64,000 bases of DNA from an uncultured Pelagibacteraceae bacterium. GTDB taxonomy: Bacteria; Pseudomonadota; Alphaproteobacteria; Pelagibacterales; AG-422-B15. The translations under genes and the position numbers were made by a program. Below the pieces are notes generated by a model. The model saw only the letters and a list, made by a program, of their open reading frames with translations, searched no databases and was not told the origin of the DNA. Each line of letters begins with the position of its first letter. The first letter of the stretch is position 1. The stretch covers positions 17,123 to 81,122 of the forward strand of contig CACKXV010000001.1 in the NCBI GenBank assembly GCA_902604225.1, given 5' to 3'. Shown piece after piece: positions 19,963 to 30,305 of the stretch.

Positions 19963-20760
19963 ATGAGTTCACGTAATCCAAATTCTCATGAGTATCATTT
20001 AGTAGAACCAAGTCCTTGGCCACTATTAGCCTCAATTGGTGCGCTCATCTTGTGTGTTGGGGCTGTAATTTATTTTAGAACTGATGACTTATGGTTAATG
20101 CTTATTGGATTAGCTATAGTAATTTATGTTACATACATGTGGTTTAGAGACATTATTATTGAAGGAGAACACCAGGGTCATCATACGCCTGTGGTTCAGA
20201 TTGGTCTGAGGTACGGCATGACCTTATTTATCGCTTCAGAAGTTATGTTCTTTGTTGCCTGGTTTTGGGCTTATTTCAATGCAAGTTTATTCCCTACTGA
20301 ACAAATAGGATCTGTTTGGCCTCCGGCAGAAATACATTTAATGGATCCTTGGCATATACCATTGATAAATACTCTTATACTTTTGCTATCAGGTACAACC
20401 GTTACATGGGCGCACCACGCGCTAACAGAGGGAAATAGAAAAGAGTTGATCCAAGGTCTCTGGTGTACAGTAGGACTTGGCATTATTTTTACGGGCTTCC
20501 AAGTTTATGAGTATATGCATGCTGACTTCGCTTTTTCAGGACATATTTATGGAGCAACTTTCTATATGGCAACGGGCTTCCATGGTTTTCATGTATTAAT
20601 GGGAACAGTGATGCTCATTGTTTGCTTAGGAAGATCAATTGCAGGACACTTTAAGGCTGATCATCACTTTGGTTTTGAAGCAGCTGCATGGTACTGGCAC
20701 TTTGTAGATGTTGTGTGGCTATTTTTATTCGCTGCAATTTATGTCTGGGGATATTATTAA
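19963..20760 (+). CDS. coxC: cytochrome c oxidase subunit III
   Basis: 265 aa. Motifs are HEYHLVEPSPWP, GFHGFHV and the C-terminal AAWYWHFVDVVWLFLF. Confidence 0.95.
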   Translation: MSSRNPNSHEYHLVEPSPWPLLASIGALILCVGAVIYFRTDDLWLMLIGLAIVIYVTYMWFRDIIIEGEHQGHHTPVVQIGLRYGMTLFIASEVMFFVAWFWAYFNASLFPTEQIGSVWPPAEIHLMDPWHIPLINTLILLLSGTTVTWAHHALTEGNRKELIQGLWCTVGLGIIFTGFQVYEYMHADFAFSGHIYGATFYMATGFHGFHVLMGTVMLIVCLGRSIAGHFKADHHFGFEAAAWYWHFVDVVWLFLFAAIYVWGYY

Positions 20761-20774
20761 ACTTAATCTATCTA

Positions 20775-21473
20775 TTGATTAAAAATTTCTCTTTCCATTT
20801 TATTTTTCTAGTAACAATTTGCTTTCTTTTATTGCTAGGCTATTGGCAAACCCAAAGATTAGAGTGGAAGATGAATATAATTAATTCAGTTGAAAATAAT
20901 TATACGCTCAAACTGGATAAATTTCCTTTTGAAGGTGGCATAGATAAAGAATTTGAATTTATGCAAGTAGAGTTAAAAGGTTCTTTTATAAAAGAAAAAC
21001 TTATGTATTTTTTTAAATCAAATTTAAGTGGGATGTCTGGCTTTGAAATTGTATTGCCTTTAAAAACCGAAGATAAAAAATATGTTTATGTGATTTTGGG
21101 ATGGATACCTTATGATTTTAAAGAAAGTTTTAATCTCGATTTTATAGACTCAAACAAGGAGTTCATTGTCAATGGAGCCCTAATATATTCTAAAGAGAGA
21201 AAACCTTTAATACCTGAGAATGAATATTCGGCAAGTATATGGTACCTCCTAAATACTGATGAGATGGATAATTTTCATAAAATTGAGTCAAGTCCATATA
21301 TTCTTAAAATTATTGATCAAAATAAATTTGAGAATCTTTTAATTGAATTTGAGCCATCAAACATAACAAATAATCACCTGCAATATGCAGTTACATGGTT
21401 CCTGCTATCAATTGTTATATTGATCATGTATATCTATTATATAAGACAAGGAATTACTAAAAATGAAGTATAG
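20775..21473 (+). CDS. SURF1 family cytochrome oxidase biogenesis protein
   Basis: It has an N-terminal TM helix followed by LGYWQTQRLEWK, and a C-terminal NNHLQYAVTWF followed by a TM helix. The track start (ATG 20688) would overlap coxC by 73 nt. An in-frame TTG at 20775, just after the coxC stop, is my preferred start but is uncertain. Confidence 0.75.
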   Translation: MIKNFSFHFIFLVTICFLLLLGYWQTQRLEWKMNIINSVENNYTLKLDKFPFEGGIDKEFEFMQVELKGSFIKEKLMYFFKSNLSGMSGFEIVLPLKTEDKKYVYVILGWIPYDFKESFNLDFIDSNKEFIVNGALIYSKERKPLIPENEYSASIWYLLNTDEMDNFHKIESSPYILKIIDQNKFENLLIEFEPSNITNNHLQYAVTWFLLSIVILIMYIYYIRQGITKNEV

Positions 21474-22848
21474 AAGCACAAGAGGAACTAATGAGGAGAC
21501 GTTCAAGAAAGTTCTTTTTGCTGGTTTAGCTGAGGATGGTGGACTTTACGTACCAATGAATTGGCCTCAAATAGATGTTAATAAAATAGATAAGAATATT
21601 AGCTACAAAGACCTTACAAAATTAATACTTTATCCATTTGTTAAGGATTTTATTTCTATAATTGAACTGGAAAACATTATTAATATTTCCTACTCAAAGC
21701 AGTTCTCATCGGAAAACCTAGTATCATTTAAAGAACTTAGCGATAACGAAATACTGGTTGAATTATTTAATGGTCCTACACTTGCTTTCAAAGATTTTGC
21801 AATGCAATTACTTATTCCTTTATTTGATCATTTTTTAGAAAAAGAAAAGAAGAAAATAAATTTGATTGTTGCTACTTCTGGTGATACTGGATCTGCAGCA
21901 ATTAATGCAGTAAAGCAAAGTAAGAACATAAGTATATTTTGTTTATATCCTAGTAAAAGAATTTCAGATTTTCAAAGACGTCAAATGTCAACTGTGACAG
22001 AAAGCAATATTTTTTTGTGTGAAATTGACGGTACATTTGATGACTGTCAAAAAATTGTAAAAGATATTCTTAAGGATACTCAGTACAGTTCTGAAAATAA
22101 TATATCTGCCGTCAATTCGATTAATTGGGCACGAATACTAATTCAATGTGTATACTATTATTATACATATATAAATTATTTTGATGCATCTAGACCAACA
22201 GTTAACTTCTCTGTTCCTACAGGTAATTTTGGTGATATTTATGCAGGATATGTAGCCTACAAGATGGGTCTACCAATAAATAAATTAATAGTTGCTACAA
22301 ATGAAAATGATATCTTACACAGATTTATAAATACAGGAATCTACCAGACAGAAAGTGTAAAAAAAACAACAAGCCCAAGTATGGATATACAAATAGCAAG
22401 TAATTTTGAAAGACTTTTGTTTGATATCATGAGTCAGTCAAATGAAAAAACAGCATCAGCAATGAATTTATTTGAAGAAAAGGGAAAATTAACAGTAGAG
22501 CGACAGGACTTAAATATTATTTCAAATATCTTTGCATCTGAAAGCACGCATCAAGAAGATGTTAACAAAATAATATCAAATGTTCATGAAATTCATTCAT
22601 ATCTCATTGATCCTCATACAGCGACCGGCATAAATGCCTCAAGAAAGACAAATGATAGTGATCGCATGAATTTCACATTATCAACTGCTCATCCTGTAAA
22701 GTTTTCAGAGACAGTTGAAATGGCTGTTGGAAAAAATCTCGATTTATTAAGTAATTACAAGGATTTATTTAGTAAAGATGAAAAAATTCACTCCATCCAA
22801 AACAATACAGATGAAGTGAAAAAATTTATTTTAGAGAATAAAAATTAA
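21463..22848 (+). CDS. thrC: threonine synthase
   Basis: 461 aa. The N-terminus is YRSTRG, the PLP-lysine block is PTLAFKDFA, and TSGDTGSAA is present. Confidence 0.9.
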   Translation: MKYRSTRGTNEETFKKVLFAGLAEDGGLYVPMNWPQIDVNKIDKNISYKDLTKLILYPFVKDFISIIELENIINISYSKQFSSENLVSFKELSDNEILVELFNGPTLAFKDFAMQLLIPLFDHFLEKEKKKINLIVATSGDTGSAAINAVKQSKNISIFCLYPSKRISDFQRRQMSTVTESNIFLCEIDGTFDDCQKIVKDILKDTQYSSENNISAVNSINWARILIQCVYYYYTYINYFDASRPTVNFSVPTGNFGDIYAGYVAYKMGLPINKLIVATNENDILHRFINTGIYQTESVKKTTSPSMDIQIASNFERLLFDIMSQSNEKTASAMNLFEEKGKLTVERQDLNIISNIFASESTHQEDVNKIISNVHEIHSYLIDPHTATGINASRKTNDSDRMNFTLSTAHPVKFSETVEMAVGKNLDLLSNYKDLFSKDEKIHSIQNNTDEVKKFILENKN

Positions 22849-23433
22849 ATGTCCTTTTTAACGACATATTACCCAAAGAGAATTGAATTTGAGCTAAAAG
22901 GCAAAAATGTCTTTTTAAGACCCCCTGAGTATAAGGATTGGAAAGCTTGGTCATCATTAAAAGAAAAAAATAAATTCTATCTCAAACCGTGGGAACCTCT
23001 TTGGTCGCCCTCAGAACTTGAAAGAAGTTCATTTGTAAAAAGAGTTAGATTTTTCGAGAAGCTAGCTTTAGACGACAGTGCTTACTCTTTTTTAATTTTT
23101 GAATGCAAAACTAAAAATTTAATAGGTGAAATAAATATTAACAACGTTCAAAGAAGCGTTGTGCAGTCATGTTCAATAGGATATTGGATTTGTGAAGAAA
23201 AAATGGGTCAAGGTCTAATGAGCGAAGCATTAAATTTAATTAAAAAGTTCATATTTGATGAATTAGATCTTCATCGGTTAGAGGCTGCATGTTTGCCAGT
23301 CAACAAGCGATCTCTTAGAACACTTAAAAATAATGGCTTTGCTATTGAAGGACTCGTAAGAAAGTATTTGAAGATAAATGGTAATTGGGAAGATCACCTC
23401 CTTTTATCTTGTATTAAAGATGAAAGTTTATAG
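22849..23433 (+). CDS. GNAT N-acetyltransferase (RimJ/RimL-like)
   Basis: 194 aa. It has a GNAT core (IGYWICEEKMGQGLMSEAL) and the C-terminal NKRSLRTLKNNGF. It starts 1 nt after the thrC stop. Confidence 0.7.
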   Translation: MSFLTTYYPKRIEFELKGKNVFLRPPEYKDWKAWSSLKEKNKFYLKPWEPLWSPSELERSSFVKRVRFFEKLALDDSAYSFLIFECKTKNLIGEININNVQRSVVQSCSIGYWICEEKMGQGLMSEALNLIKKFIFDELDLHRLEAACLPVNKRSLRTLKNNGFAIEGLVRKYLKINGNWEDHLLLSCIKDESL

Positions 23434-23442
23434 TATGCGCCT

Positions 23443-23928
23443 ATGGTAGATCTTATAGGAAACAAAATTCCAGATATTAAGCTTGTAAAAATGGATAGTG
23501 AAAAAGGCCCACAACCTCTTTCTGTGTTAGACTTTTGTAAAGACAAGAAAGTAGTAATGTTTGGTGTTCCTGGCGCTTTCACACCGACTTGCTCTAGGAA
23601 TCATTTGCCTGGATTCATAGATAAAGCTGATGAAATGAAAGCCAGAGGAATTGATGAAGTTATTTGCTTTGCTACAAATGATATATTCACATTGTCTGCT
23701 TGGGAAGAAATGTCAGGCTCCATTGGCAAGATCCTATTTTTATCAGACAGCAAGGCAAAATTTTCTAAATCTATTGGAACTGATTTTCCTGATAGCTTTG
23801 GCACATCAACAAAAACTCAAAGATGCTCGATATTAATCAATGATGGCACGGTAGAGAAGTTTTTTGTTGAAGACGAAGATGGACAAGTAAGCGTTAGTAG
23901 TGCAGATAATATGCTTGAAAATATCTAA
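23443..23928 (+). CDS. peroxiredoxin, Prx5/type 2 subfamily
   Basis: 161 aa with the PGAFTPTCS peroxidatic-cysteine motif. Confidence 0.85.
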   Translation: MVDLIGNKIPDIKLVKMDSEKGPQPLSVLDFCKDKKVVMFGVPGAFTPTCSRNHLPGFIDKADEMKARGIDEVICFATNDIFTLSAWEEMSGSIGKILFLSDSKAKFSKSIGTDFPDSFGTSTKTQRCSILINDGTVEKFFVEDEDGQVSVSSADNMLENI

Positions 23929-24359
23929 TTTGAAATTGCGGAAGTAGCTAATTTATCAGCTATTTCATTTCCAAAGTCACCAGAATGACCCTTAACCCAT
24001 ATCCAGTCGATATTATGTAGCTCAACAAGTTCATCAAGATCCATCCAAAGATCTTTGTTTTTGACATCTTTTTTGTTTGCAGTTTTCCAATCATTTGTTT
24101 TCCATTTTAAGATCCATTCTTGGATACCTTGCATTACGTATTTTGAGTCTGTAAAAAGTTTTATTTTTGAATTCTGATCAACGTATCGAAGAGCTTGAAT
24201 AACAGCTACTAATTCCATTCTATTATTGGTTGTGTCTTCATCAGATCCATTTAACTCAATCTTCTCAATACCTTTTTCAATATAAACCCCCCAACCACCT
24301 CGTCCGGGATTTCCAGAGCAAGCTCCATCTGTGTATATATATAAAATATCAGAGTCCAT
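23925..24359 (-). CDS. rnhA: ribonuclease HI
   Basis: Motifs are YTDGACSGNPG, NNRMEL, TDSKYV, W.KGHSG and NE.AD. The track start at 24365 is GTG; the ATG is at 24359. Confidence 0.92.
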   Translation of the reverse strand: MDSDILYIYTDGACSGNPGRGGWGVYIEKGIEKIELNGSDEDTTNNRMELVAVIQALRYVDQNSKIKLFTDSKYVMQGIQEWILKWKTNDWKTANKKDVKNKDLWMDLDELVELHNIDWIWVKGHSGDFGNEIADKLATSAISN

Positions 24360-25311
24360 ATTCACTAGCTTTTCTTACTGACTGGTGAAATTTTAACTTA
24401 GAAATATACTCATTTGGATCTTTCTTTAAAATTAAGTCACTGTCTTCATGAGAATAAAAATCAAGAAGTCTTGTTAGCAAATATCTTAATGCGGATGCTC
24501 TCGCCAAGAGAGGCAGGGCTTCAACTTCTTCATTAGAAAATTTTCGTTCTTGGTTATAACTTCCTAATAGGTACTTAGCTTTAGTTGGATTAAATTCATT
24601 ATTACTATCCTCAAAACACCAGGCATTGAGACAAATAGCAATCTCATATGCGTAAAAATCATTACACGAAAAATAAAAGTCAATAATACCTGTTAGATTA
24701 TTTTCTTCAAAAAAAATATTATCAGGAAATAAATCTGCATGAATTATACCTGATGGTAAGTCTTTACTTATTTCTCTTGATAAGAATAAGAATTCATCTT
24801 CTATGAATTTTAGTTTTTCATCATCAATATGCTTTTTATAAGTCTTTAACTTTTCAATAATAATACCAAGCTTATCGAAACCCAGCTCATTTTCTCTTTT
24901 TATATTTAGTTTTTCAGAGGCATTATGCATTTTGGCGATGGTTAGGCCAAGATTAGAACAATGAATAGGTTTTATTTTCTCTAAAGAACTGCCTGTAAGG
25001 AATGAAGTAATAACAGCATGCTTTTGTTTAATGGAATTGGAGAAATTACCCTGTTTATCCTTAATGACCTCAGGACATTTGATATCGTGGGCATTGAGAT
25101 GATTCATTAAATCAAAATAAAACGGAAGATTCTCTTGATTTGTTCTTTCCTCAAAAATAGTCAGGATAAATTTTTTTTTATCTGCAGTGAGTAGGTAGTT
25201 TGAATTTGAGGTTCCACCTTTGATTCCACTAAACTCATTTATTTTATCAATGTTATATTTGCTCAAAAAAAGGTTGAGTTCATCAATTGATATTTGTGTA
25301 TATACAGCCAT
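24349..25311 (-). CDS. thrB: homoserine kinase, type II (aminoglycoside-phosphotransferase fold)
   Basis: 320 aa with IKGGTSNSNY and the catalytic block IIHADLFPDNIFF. It overlaps the rnhA start. Confidence 0.85.
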   Translation of the reverse strand: MAVYTQISIDELNLFLSKYNIDKINEFSGIKGGTSNSNYLLTADKKKFILTIFEERTNQENLPFYFDLMNHLNAHDIKCPEVIKDKQGNFSNSIKQKHAVITSFLTGSSLEKIKPIHCSNLGLTIAKMHNASEKLNIKRENELGFDKLGIIIEKLKTYKKHIDDEKLKFIEDEFLFLSREISKDLPSGIIHADLFPDNIFFEENNLTGIIDFYFSCNDFYAYEIAICLNAWCFEDSNNEFNPTKAKYLLGSYNQERKFSNEEVEALPLLARASALRYLLTRLLDFYSHEDSDLILKKDPNEYISKLKFHQSVRKASEYGL

Positions 25312-25353
25312 TAACTATATTTATAGCTCAGAATAAGTTAATTAAGTAATAAT

Positions 25354-25848
25354 TTATGTCTTGAGTTTATTTATCTGGTTTATTGATTGCTCAACTAATT
25401 TTTTTGAGCTTTGTTCATTAATATTTTCAATGATAATTTTTTCAGCAATATTGACCGAATTCGCTACTATCTCCTCATTTACTTTAGAAATCGCTACTTT
25501 TTCTGCTCTTGATATTTTATCGATTGCTTGCTGCTCAGCCCTTTTGATAAATTCTTCTGCTTTAGCTTTAGAGGTTTCCTCATGATTCTTTGCAATTTCT
25601 TTAGCCTGATTAATTATGCTGTTTGCTTCTTCATCTGCTGACTGAACTTTTCTTTCGTATTCAGCAACGAGAGAATTTGCTTCTTCTTTTAGTTTTCTTG
25701 CATTATCTAATTCAGATTTAATATTTTCAATTTCACCATCAAGAAGCTTTGCCATCATTGACGGCGCTTTTATGAAAAGTGCGACTGCTATAAAAATTAG
25801 AAATGCTACAAATACCCAAAACGAAGGATCAGAAAATAAATATGACAT
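25354..25848 (-). CDS. atpF: ATP synthase F0 subunit b
   Basis: 164 aa with an N-terminal TM helix followed by a long charged helix. It is the last gene of the atpI-B-E-F2-F string. Confidence 0.85.
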   Translation of the reverse strand: MSYLFSDPSFWVFVAFLIFIAVALFIKAPSMMAKLLDGEIENIKSELDNARKLKEEANSLVAEYERKVQSADEEANSIINQAKEIAKNHEETSKAKAEEFIKRAEQQAIDKISRAEKVAISKVNEEIVANSVNIAEKIIIENINEQSSKKLVEQSINQINKLKT

Positions 25849-25866
25849 TAGTTATAAATTTCCATA

Positions 25867-26415
25867 TCAATTAAGCTTTTTTGAGATTTCATCATCACTA
25901 GGAACACTCTCAACATACTTAGAAACGATAGATTTAATAGTGTCTATAGTAGCTTTTTTAATTTCTTGTTCAGACTGTTGTTTTTGTTGATGAATTTTCT
26001 TTTCAGACTCTGTAATCATTGCATTAATCTTGATTTCATTATCTTTTTTTAATTTATCTAAGTATTCATTCATAGTGGCTTTAGAACTTGAGACTATTTC
26101 ATTTGACTCAAGAGATGCAGAATTCATTTTATCGTCATAATTTTCTAAAATTTTACTTGCTTCAGAATTAAGATTTTCAGCATCGTTAATATCATTAGAA
26201 ATTTTATCTTTTCTTTCTTCTATTGTTGTGCTGAGCCTTGGAATCACAAATTTCCACATGAATAAATACAAAGCTGTAAAAGTAATTATCAGCCAGAATA
26301 ATTGTGATGGGAAAGTTGAAATATCCATTTGCGGAAGGCCAGCAGATTTCTGACCTTCAGCATAAGCTCCAGATAAGGGCAAAACAAAAATAAAAATTTT
26401 AAGAAAAAATTTCAT
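25867..26415 (-). CDS. atpF2: ATP synthase F0 subunit b'
   Basis: 182 aa. It has a signal-like N-terminus, GLPQMD...FPSQLFW followed by a TM helix, then a charged helix. This is the typical alphaproteobacterial b' position. Confidence 0.8.
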   Translation of the reverse strand: MKFFLKIFIFVLPLSGAYAEGQKSAGLPQMDISTFPSQLFWLIITFTALYLFMWKFVIPRLSTTIEERKDKISNDINDAENLNSEASKILENYDDKMNSASLESNEIVSSSKATMNEYLDKLKKDNEIKINAMITESEKKIHQQKQQSEQEIKKATIDTIKSIVSKYVESVPSDDEISKKLN

Positions 26416-26421
26416 TATATT

Positions 26422-26676
<255 letters not shown>

Positions 26677-27417
26677 TTAATGATCCGGATGAAGGGCGTC
26701 ATTTAAATAGATACAAGTTAAAATAGTAAATATGTATGCTTGAAGAGCTGCAATTAATGTTTCAAGCGCATATAAAACTACAAGAAAGATTAATGGAGCA
26801 AAGCCAAGAAAACCAAGCATCACGATAAATCCTGCAAAGATTTTTAATATACTGTGACCTGCAAGCATGTTTGCGCACAATCTTACGGATAAACTGATTG
26901 GCTTAGATAAATAAGATATGATTTCTATTGGAACAATTAAAGGCGCTAGAAATATTGGAATACCTGATGGATAGAATATTCTAAGATAACCAAGGCCGTT
27001 CTTCATGAAACCGATTATTGTTACCGCTAAAAAAATTAAACCAGCAAATGCAAAGGTAACAACAAGATGACTTGTCACTGTGAATGTATAAGGAATAAGG
27101 CCAATAAAATTACAAAAGAAAATAAACATGAACAAAGAAAAAATAAATGGGAAATAAGCTCTCCCTTGATCTCCGACCTGATCACGCAACATGTTGGCAA
27201 TAAAATTGTATGATAACTCGGATAGCATTTGCATTCTATTTGGAATGATGGACCGTTTTGATAAGCCTAATATAAAAAGAGTCATCGTGGCTGCTATCGC
27301 GAAGACCATGAATAGAGATGAATTGGTAAACGAAATATCTATGCCTGCTATTTGCATCTCAGCAATTTTAGAGATTTCAAACTGATGTATTGGATCTATA
27401 GGATTATCTGCAGCCAT
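26677..27417 (-). CDS. atpB: ATP synthase F0 subunit a
   Basis: 246 aa polytopic protein with the LSVRLCANMLAGH motif. Confidence 0.95.
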   Translation of the reverse strand: MAADNPIDPIHQFEISKIAEMQIAGIDISFTNSSLFMVFAIAATMTLFILGLSKRSIIPNRMQMLSELSYNFIANMLRDQVGDQGRAYFPFIFSLFMFIFFCNFIGLIPYTFTVTSHLVVTFAFAGLIFLAVTIIGFMKNGLGYLRIFYPSGIPIFLAPLIVPIEIISYLSKPISLSVRLCANMLAGHSILKIFAGFIVMLGFLGFAPLIFLVVLYALETLIAALQAYIFTILTCIYLNDALHPDH

Positions 27418-27428
27418 TGAGTTATTTT

Positions 27429-27710
27429 TTAGTTATTTTGAAGGCTTTTTGCAACCCTAAAAACATTAAGAATTCCCGCTGCGCTGCCCAGCAGGAAGAA
27501 GATAATTATAAACAAGGGTCGCGTCTCAAAATAATTGTCTGCCAAGATCCCTATGCCAAGGCCAACGGCCATTGCTGCGACAATTTCTACCACCACTTTC
27601 ATGATTTTTCCTATGGGTTTAGGAGCATTTGGAGCGTCTGATGAGGATGACTTTTTAGCTGCTTGAATTTTCTCTTGCAGGTTACGAATGTCATTCTGAT
27701 CAGATGACAT
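27429..27710 (-). CDS. atpI: AtpI/AtpZ-like small membrane protein of the F0 operon
   Basis: 93 aa with a polar N-terminus and two TM helices. It is the first gene of the F0 string. Its ATG lies immediately after the smc stop. Confidence 0.65.
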   Translation of the reverse strand: MSSDQNDIRNLQEKIQAAKKSSSSDAPNAPKPIGKIMKVVVEIVAAMAVGLGIGILADNYFETRPLFIIIFFLLGSAAGILNVFRVAKSLQNN

Positions 27711-30305
27711 TTAAGCAACAGCCCCAATTTCCTCAGCTTTCTTAAGATCTACGGAGACTATTTGACTAACTCCTCGCTCAGCCATCGTAACGCCAAATAG
27801 TCTGTCCATTCTAGACATGGTTAGGGCGTGGTGTGTTATTATTAAAAACTTAGTATTGGTCTTGTCTGTTATATTGTCTAACAGGCCACAGAATCTCTCT
27901 ACGTTAGCGTCATCCAGTGGAGCATCGACCTCATCGAGTACACAAATCGGTGATGGGTTGGTAAGAAAAACCGCAAATATTAATGATAGTGCAGTAAGAG
28001 CTTGCTCTCCGCCTGAAAGGAGAGACATAGATTGCAATTTTTTACCTGGTGGACTGACCATCATTTCTAATCCAGCTTCTAACGGATCATCCGAGTCAAT
28101 AAGTTCAAGATGAGCCTTGCCTCCATTAAATAATTTTACGAATACATCTTTAAAGTGACTGTTTACAGTATCGAAAGCTTTTAATAACCTTGTTCTACCT
28201 TCTTTATTTAAATCTTCAATTGAGATTCTCATTTTTTTAATTGCACTCTCGAGATCCTCTTTTTCTTTTGTCATGTTCTCTAATTCATCATCGATTTCTT
28301 TTGTTTCTAAATCAGCTCTTAAATTTACTGCGCCCATTGTTTCACGTTGTTGCTTTAATCTGTCTAATCTCATTTCAGTTCTATCTGCATTTTTTTTTAT
28401 CGTATCTAGATCCTCGGCAATATTTAAAACACTTACGATGTCATGCGGTACACAATTAAACTTTTCTTTTGACTCATCTTCTAGCTCTTTCAATCTGGAT
28501 TCTGCTAATTCTTTTGTGGCCTCTGTTCTTCCTTTTGACTCTCTAATATTAGCTAGATCATTCTGTGCTTTTCGAAGCTTGGCCTCAATTTTTTTGAGCT
28601 CATTATCTGCTTCAGCAAGTCTATCGGCAGCAAACTGCCTTTCTGTTTCTGCAAACCCTTTTGTTTCAATCAACTGCCCTCTTCGTTGAGCAATTTCTTC
28701 GGGCCTATTTGAAATTTTTTTCAATTCTTCTTCAGATTTTGTTTTTCTGGATGCTAATTTTTCTATCTGCTCTTTGGACGATCTAATTGTTTTACTTAAT
28801 CTTTGATATTCGTAGGTCCAATCACTTTGCTTTTGTTCAACATCTTTTTGTCTGAGTTGTTCTCTCAGTTCCAATGACAAGGTTGCAGCTTTTTTAGCTT
28901 CATTACTCGACCTATCGTAGACATTTCTTGCTTCTTGAGATGCCTGATTTGCGTCTATTACCTTTTCGGTTATCTCTTTTAAGTGGAAGTAGAATTTCTC
29001 CTTAAACTTAGATGTCCAATTATGTGGATCATCATAGCCTTCAACCTCCTTAAGAGTTGACTCTCGTGATTTTAAGTTTTCTGAAGTTATGAGTGTATCT
29101 TGCCATTCATCTCTTTTAGAATTTTTAATTTGATTGTACTGTTCTATCTCTTGATCGAGATCTAGAATTTTTGCTTCTAATTTTTCTTTTTCTACTTTTA
29201 GTTGATCTATTGTTTCGTTGCTTATTTCATCTGTATTTTGACCATTATCTTCTGTATCCCTTCTAGATTTTAATGCCTCAAGATCTTTTATTGCATCCTC
29301 AAGCTGAAATTGCTCTCTTTCATTGTCACTAATTATTTGTTGTATTGAATTTTCGAGGTTTTTCTTTTCATCTTTTATTCTTTCCTCTTCTTGATCAAGA
29401 GTGTCTCTCTCAAGATTAATTCGATTAAGCTTAGCAGCAGCTTCAATCTCTTTTTCTCTTAGAGGCTTTATCTTCTCATTAGATTTTAGTTGCTCGTTAG
29501 TTGCTTGGGTAACCTCTAGAGTAAATTTTTGAATTTGTGACTCACTTGTTTTCAAATCCTCATCAGACTTTTCGAAAGACTCCTTTAATGAGGTCCATTT
29601 TAAAAAAAGCACTATGCCCTCTAATTTACTGATTTCAGAGGAGATGGATCGGTAAGTTTCAGCTTGTTCTGCTTGCTTTTTTAGATTGTTTATTTGAGTA
29701 TTCAGTTGTTTCATTAAGTCTTTAACTCGCTGGAGATTATTTTCAGCACCTTTGAGTTTTAGTTCTGCCTCATGTCTTCTTGAGTGAAGACCAGAAATCC
29801 CAGCCGCTTCTTCCAATACTGACCTTCTGTCTATTGGTTTTGCATTTATTAGAGCCCCAACTCGACCTTGGCTAATAAGAGAAGGTGAGTGAGCTCCGGT
29901 AGAAAGGTCTGCAAAGAGTCTCTGCACGTCTCTTGCTCTAACATCTTTGCCGTTAATTTTGTAATCAGAACCTCTTTCTACTTCAATTTTCCTTTTTACT
30001 TGAATTTCTGTTTGATCATTAAATTCTGATGGCGCCTTTCTATCTTCATTATCTAAATAAATTGTGACTTCAGCATTATTTCTTGATGGTCTATCTGCAG
30101 TGCCTGAGAAAATCACATCTTCCATTCCCGAGCCCCTCATACTTTTTGCTGATGTTTCTCCCATACACCATCTTAACGATTCAACTACATTTGATTTACC
30201 GCATCCATTAGGGCCTACAATCCCAGTAAGACCTTGTTCAATATTTAACTCAGTTGGGTCAACAAAAGATTTAAAGCCTAAGATTTTAATTTTTTTAAAT
30301 TTCAT
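27711..30305 (-). CDS. smc: chromosome segregation ATPase SMC, unusually short (864 aa), no recognisable hinge
   Basis: The N-terminal head is GFKSFVDPTELNIEQGLTGIVGPNGCGKSNVVESLRWCMGE. The C-terminal head is LSGGEQALTALSLIF...VLDEVDAPLDDANVERF. Between them is heptad-like charged sequence only. Confidence 0.85.
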   Translation of the reverse strand: MKFKKIKILGFKSFVDPTELNIEQGLTGIVGPNGCGKSNVVESLRWCMGETSAKSMRGSGMEDVIFSGTADRPSRNNAEVTIYLDNEDRKAPSEFNDQTEIQVKRKIEVERGSDYKINGKDVRARDVQRLFADLSTGAHSPSLISQGRVGALINAKPIDRRSVLEEAAGISGLHSRRHEAELKLKGAENNLQRVKDLMKQLNTQINNLKKQAEQAETYRSISSEISKLEGIVLFLKWTSLKESFEKSDEDLKTSESQIQKFTLEVTQATNEQLKSNEKIKPLREKEIEAAAKLNRINLERDTLDQEEERIKDEKKNLENSIQQIISDNEREQFQLEDAIKDLEALKSRRDTEDNGQNTDEISNETIDQLKVEKEKLEAKILDLDQEIEQYNQIKNSKRDEWQDTLITSENLKSRESTLKEVEGYDDPHNWTSKFKEKFYFHLKEITEKVIDANQASQEARNVYDRSSNEAKKAATLSLELREQLRQKDVEQKQSDWTYEYQRLSKTIRSSKEQIEKLASRKTKSEEELKKISNRPEEIAQRRGQLIETKGFAETERQFAADRLAEADNELKKIEAKLRKAQNDLANIRESKGRTEATKELAESRLKELEDESKEKFNCVPHDIVSVLNIAEDLDTIKKNADRTEMRLDRLKQQRETMGAVNLRADLETKEIDDELENMTKEKEDLESAIKKMRISIEDLNKEGRTRLLKAFDTVNSHFKDVFVKLFNGGKAHLELIDSDDPLEAGLEMMVSPPGKKLQSMSLLSGGEQALTALSLIFAVFLTNPSPICVLDEVDAPLDDANVERFCGLLDNITDKTNTKFLIITHHALTMSRMDRLFGVTMAERGVSQIVSVDLKKAEEIGAVA

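Noticed and set aside
20688-20774. SURF1 start at the ATG at 20688, giving a 73-nt overlap with coxC.
   Set aside because: The overlapped segment translates to a Cys-rich, non-SURF1-like peptide (MVLALCRCCVAIFIRCNLCLG). A start just after the coxC stop (TTG at 20775) gives the usual short N-terminus, TM helix and GxWQxxR. It is still uncertain without alignment.
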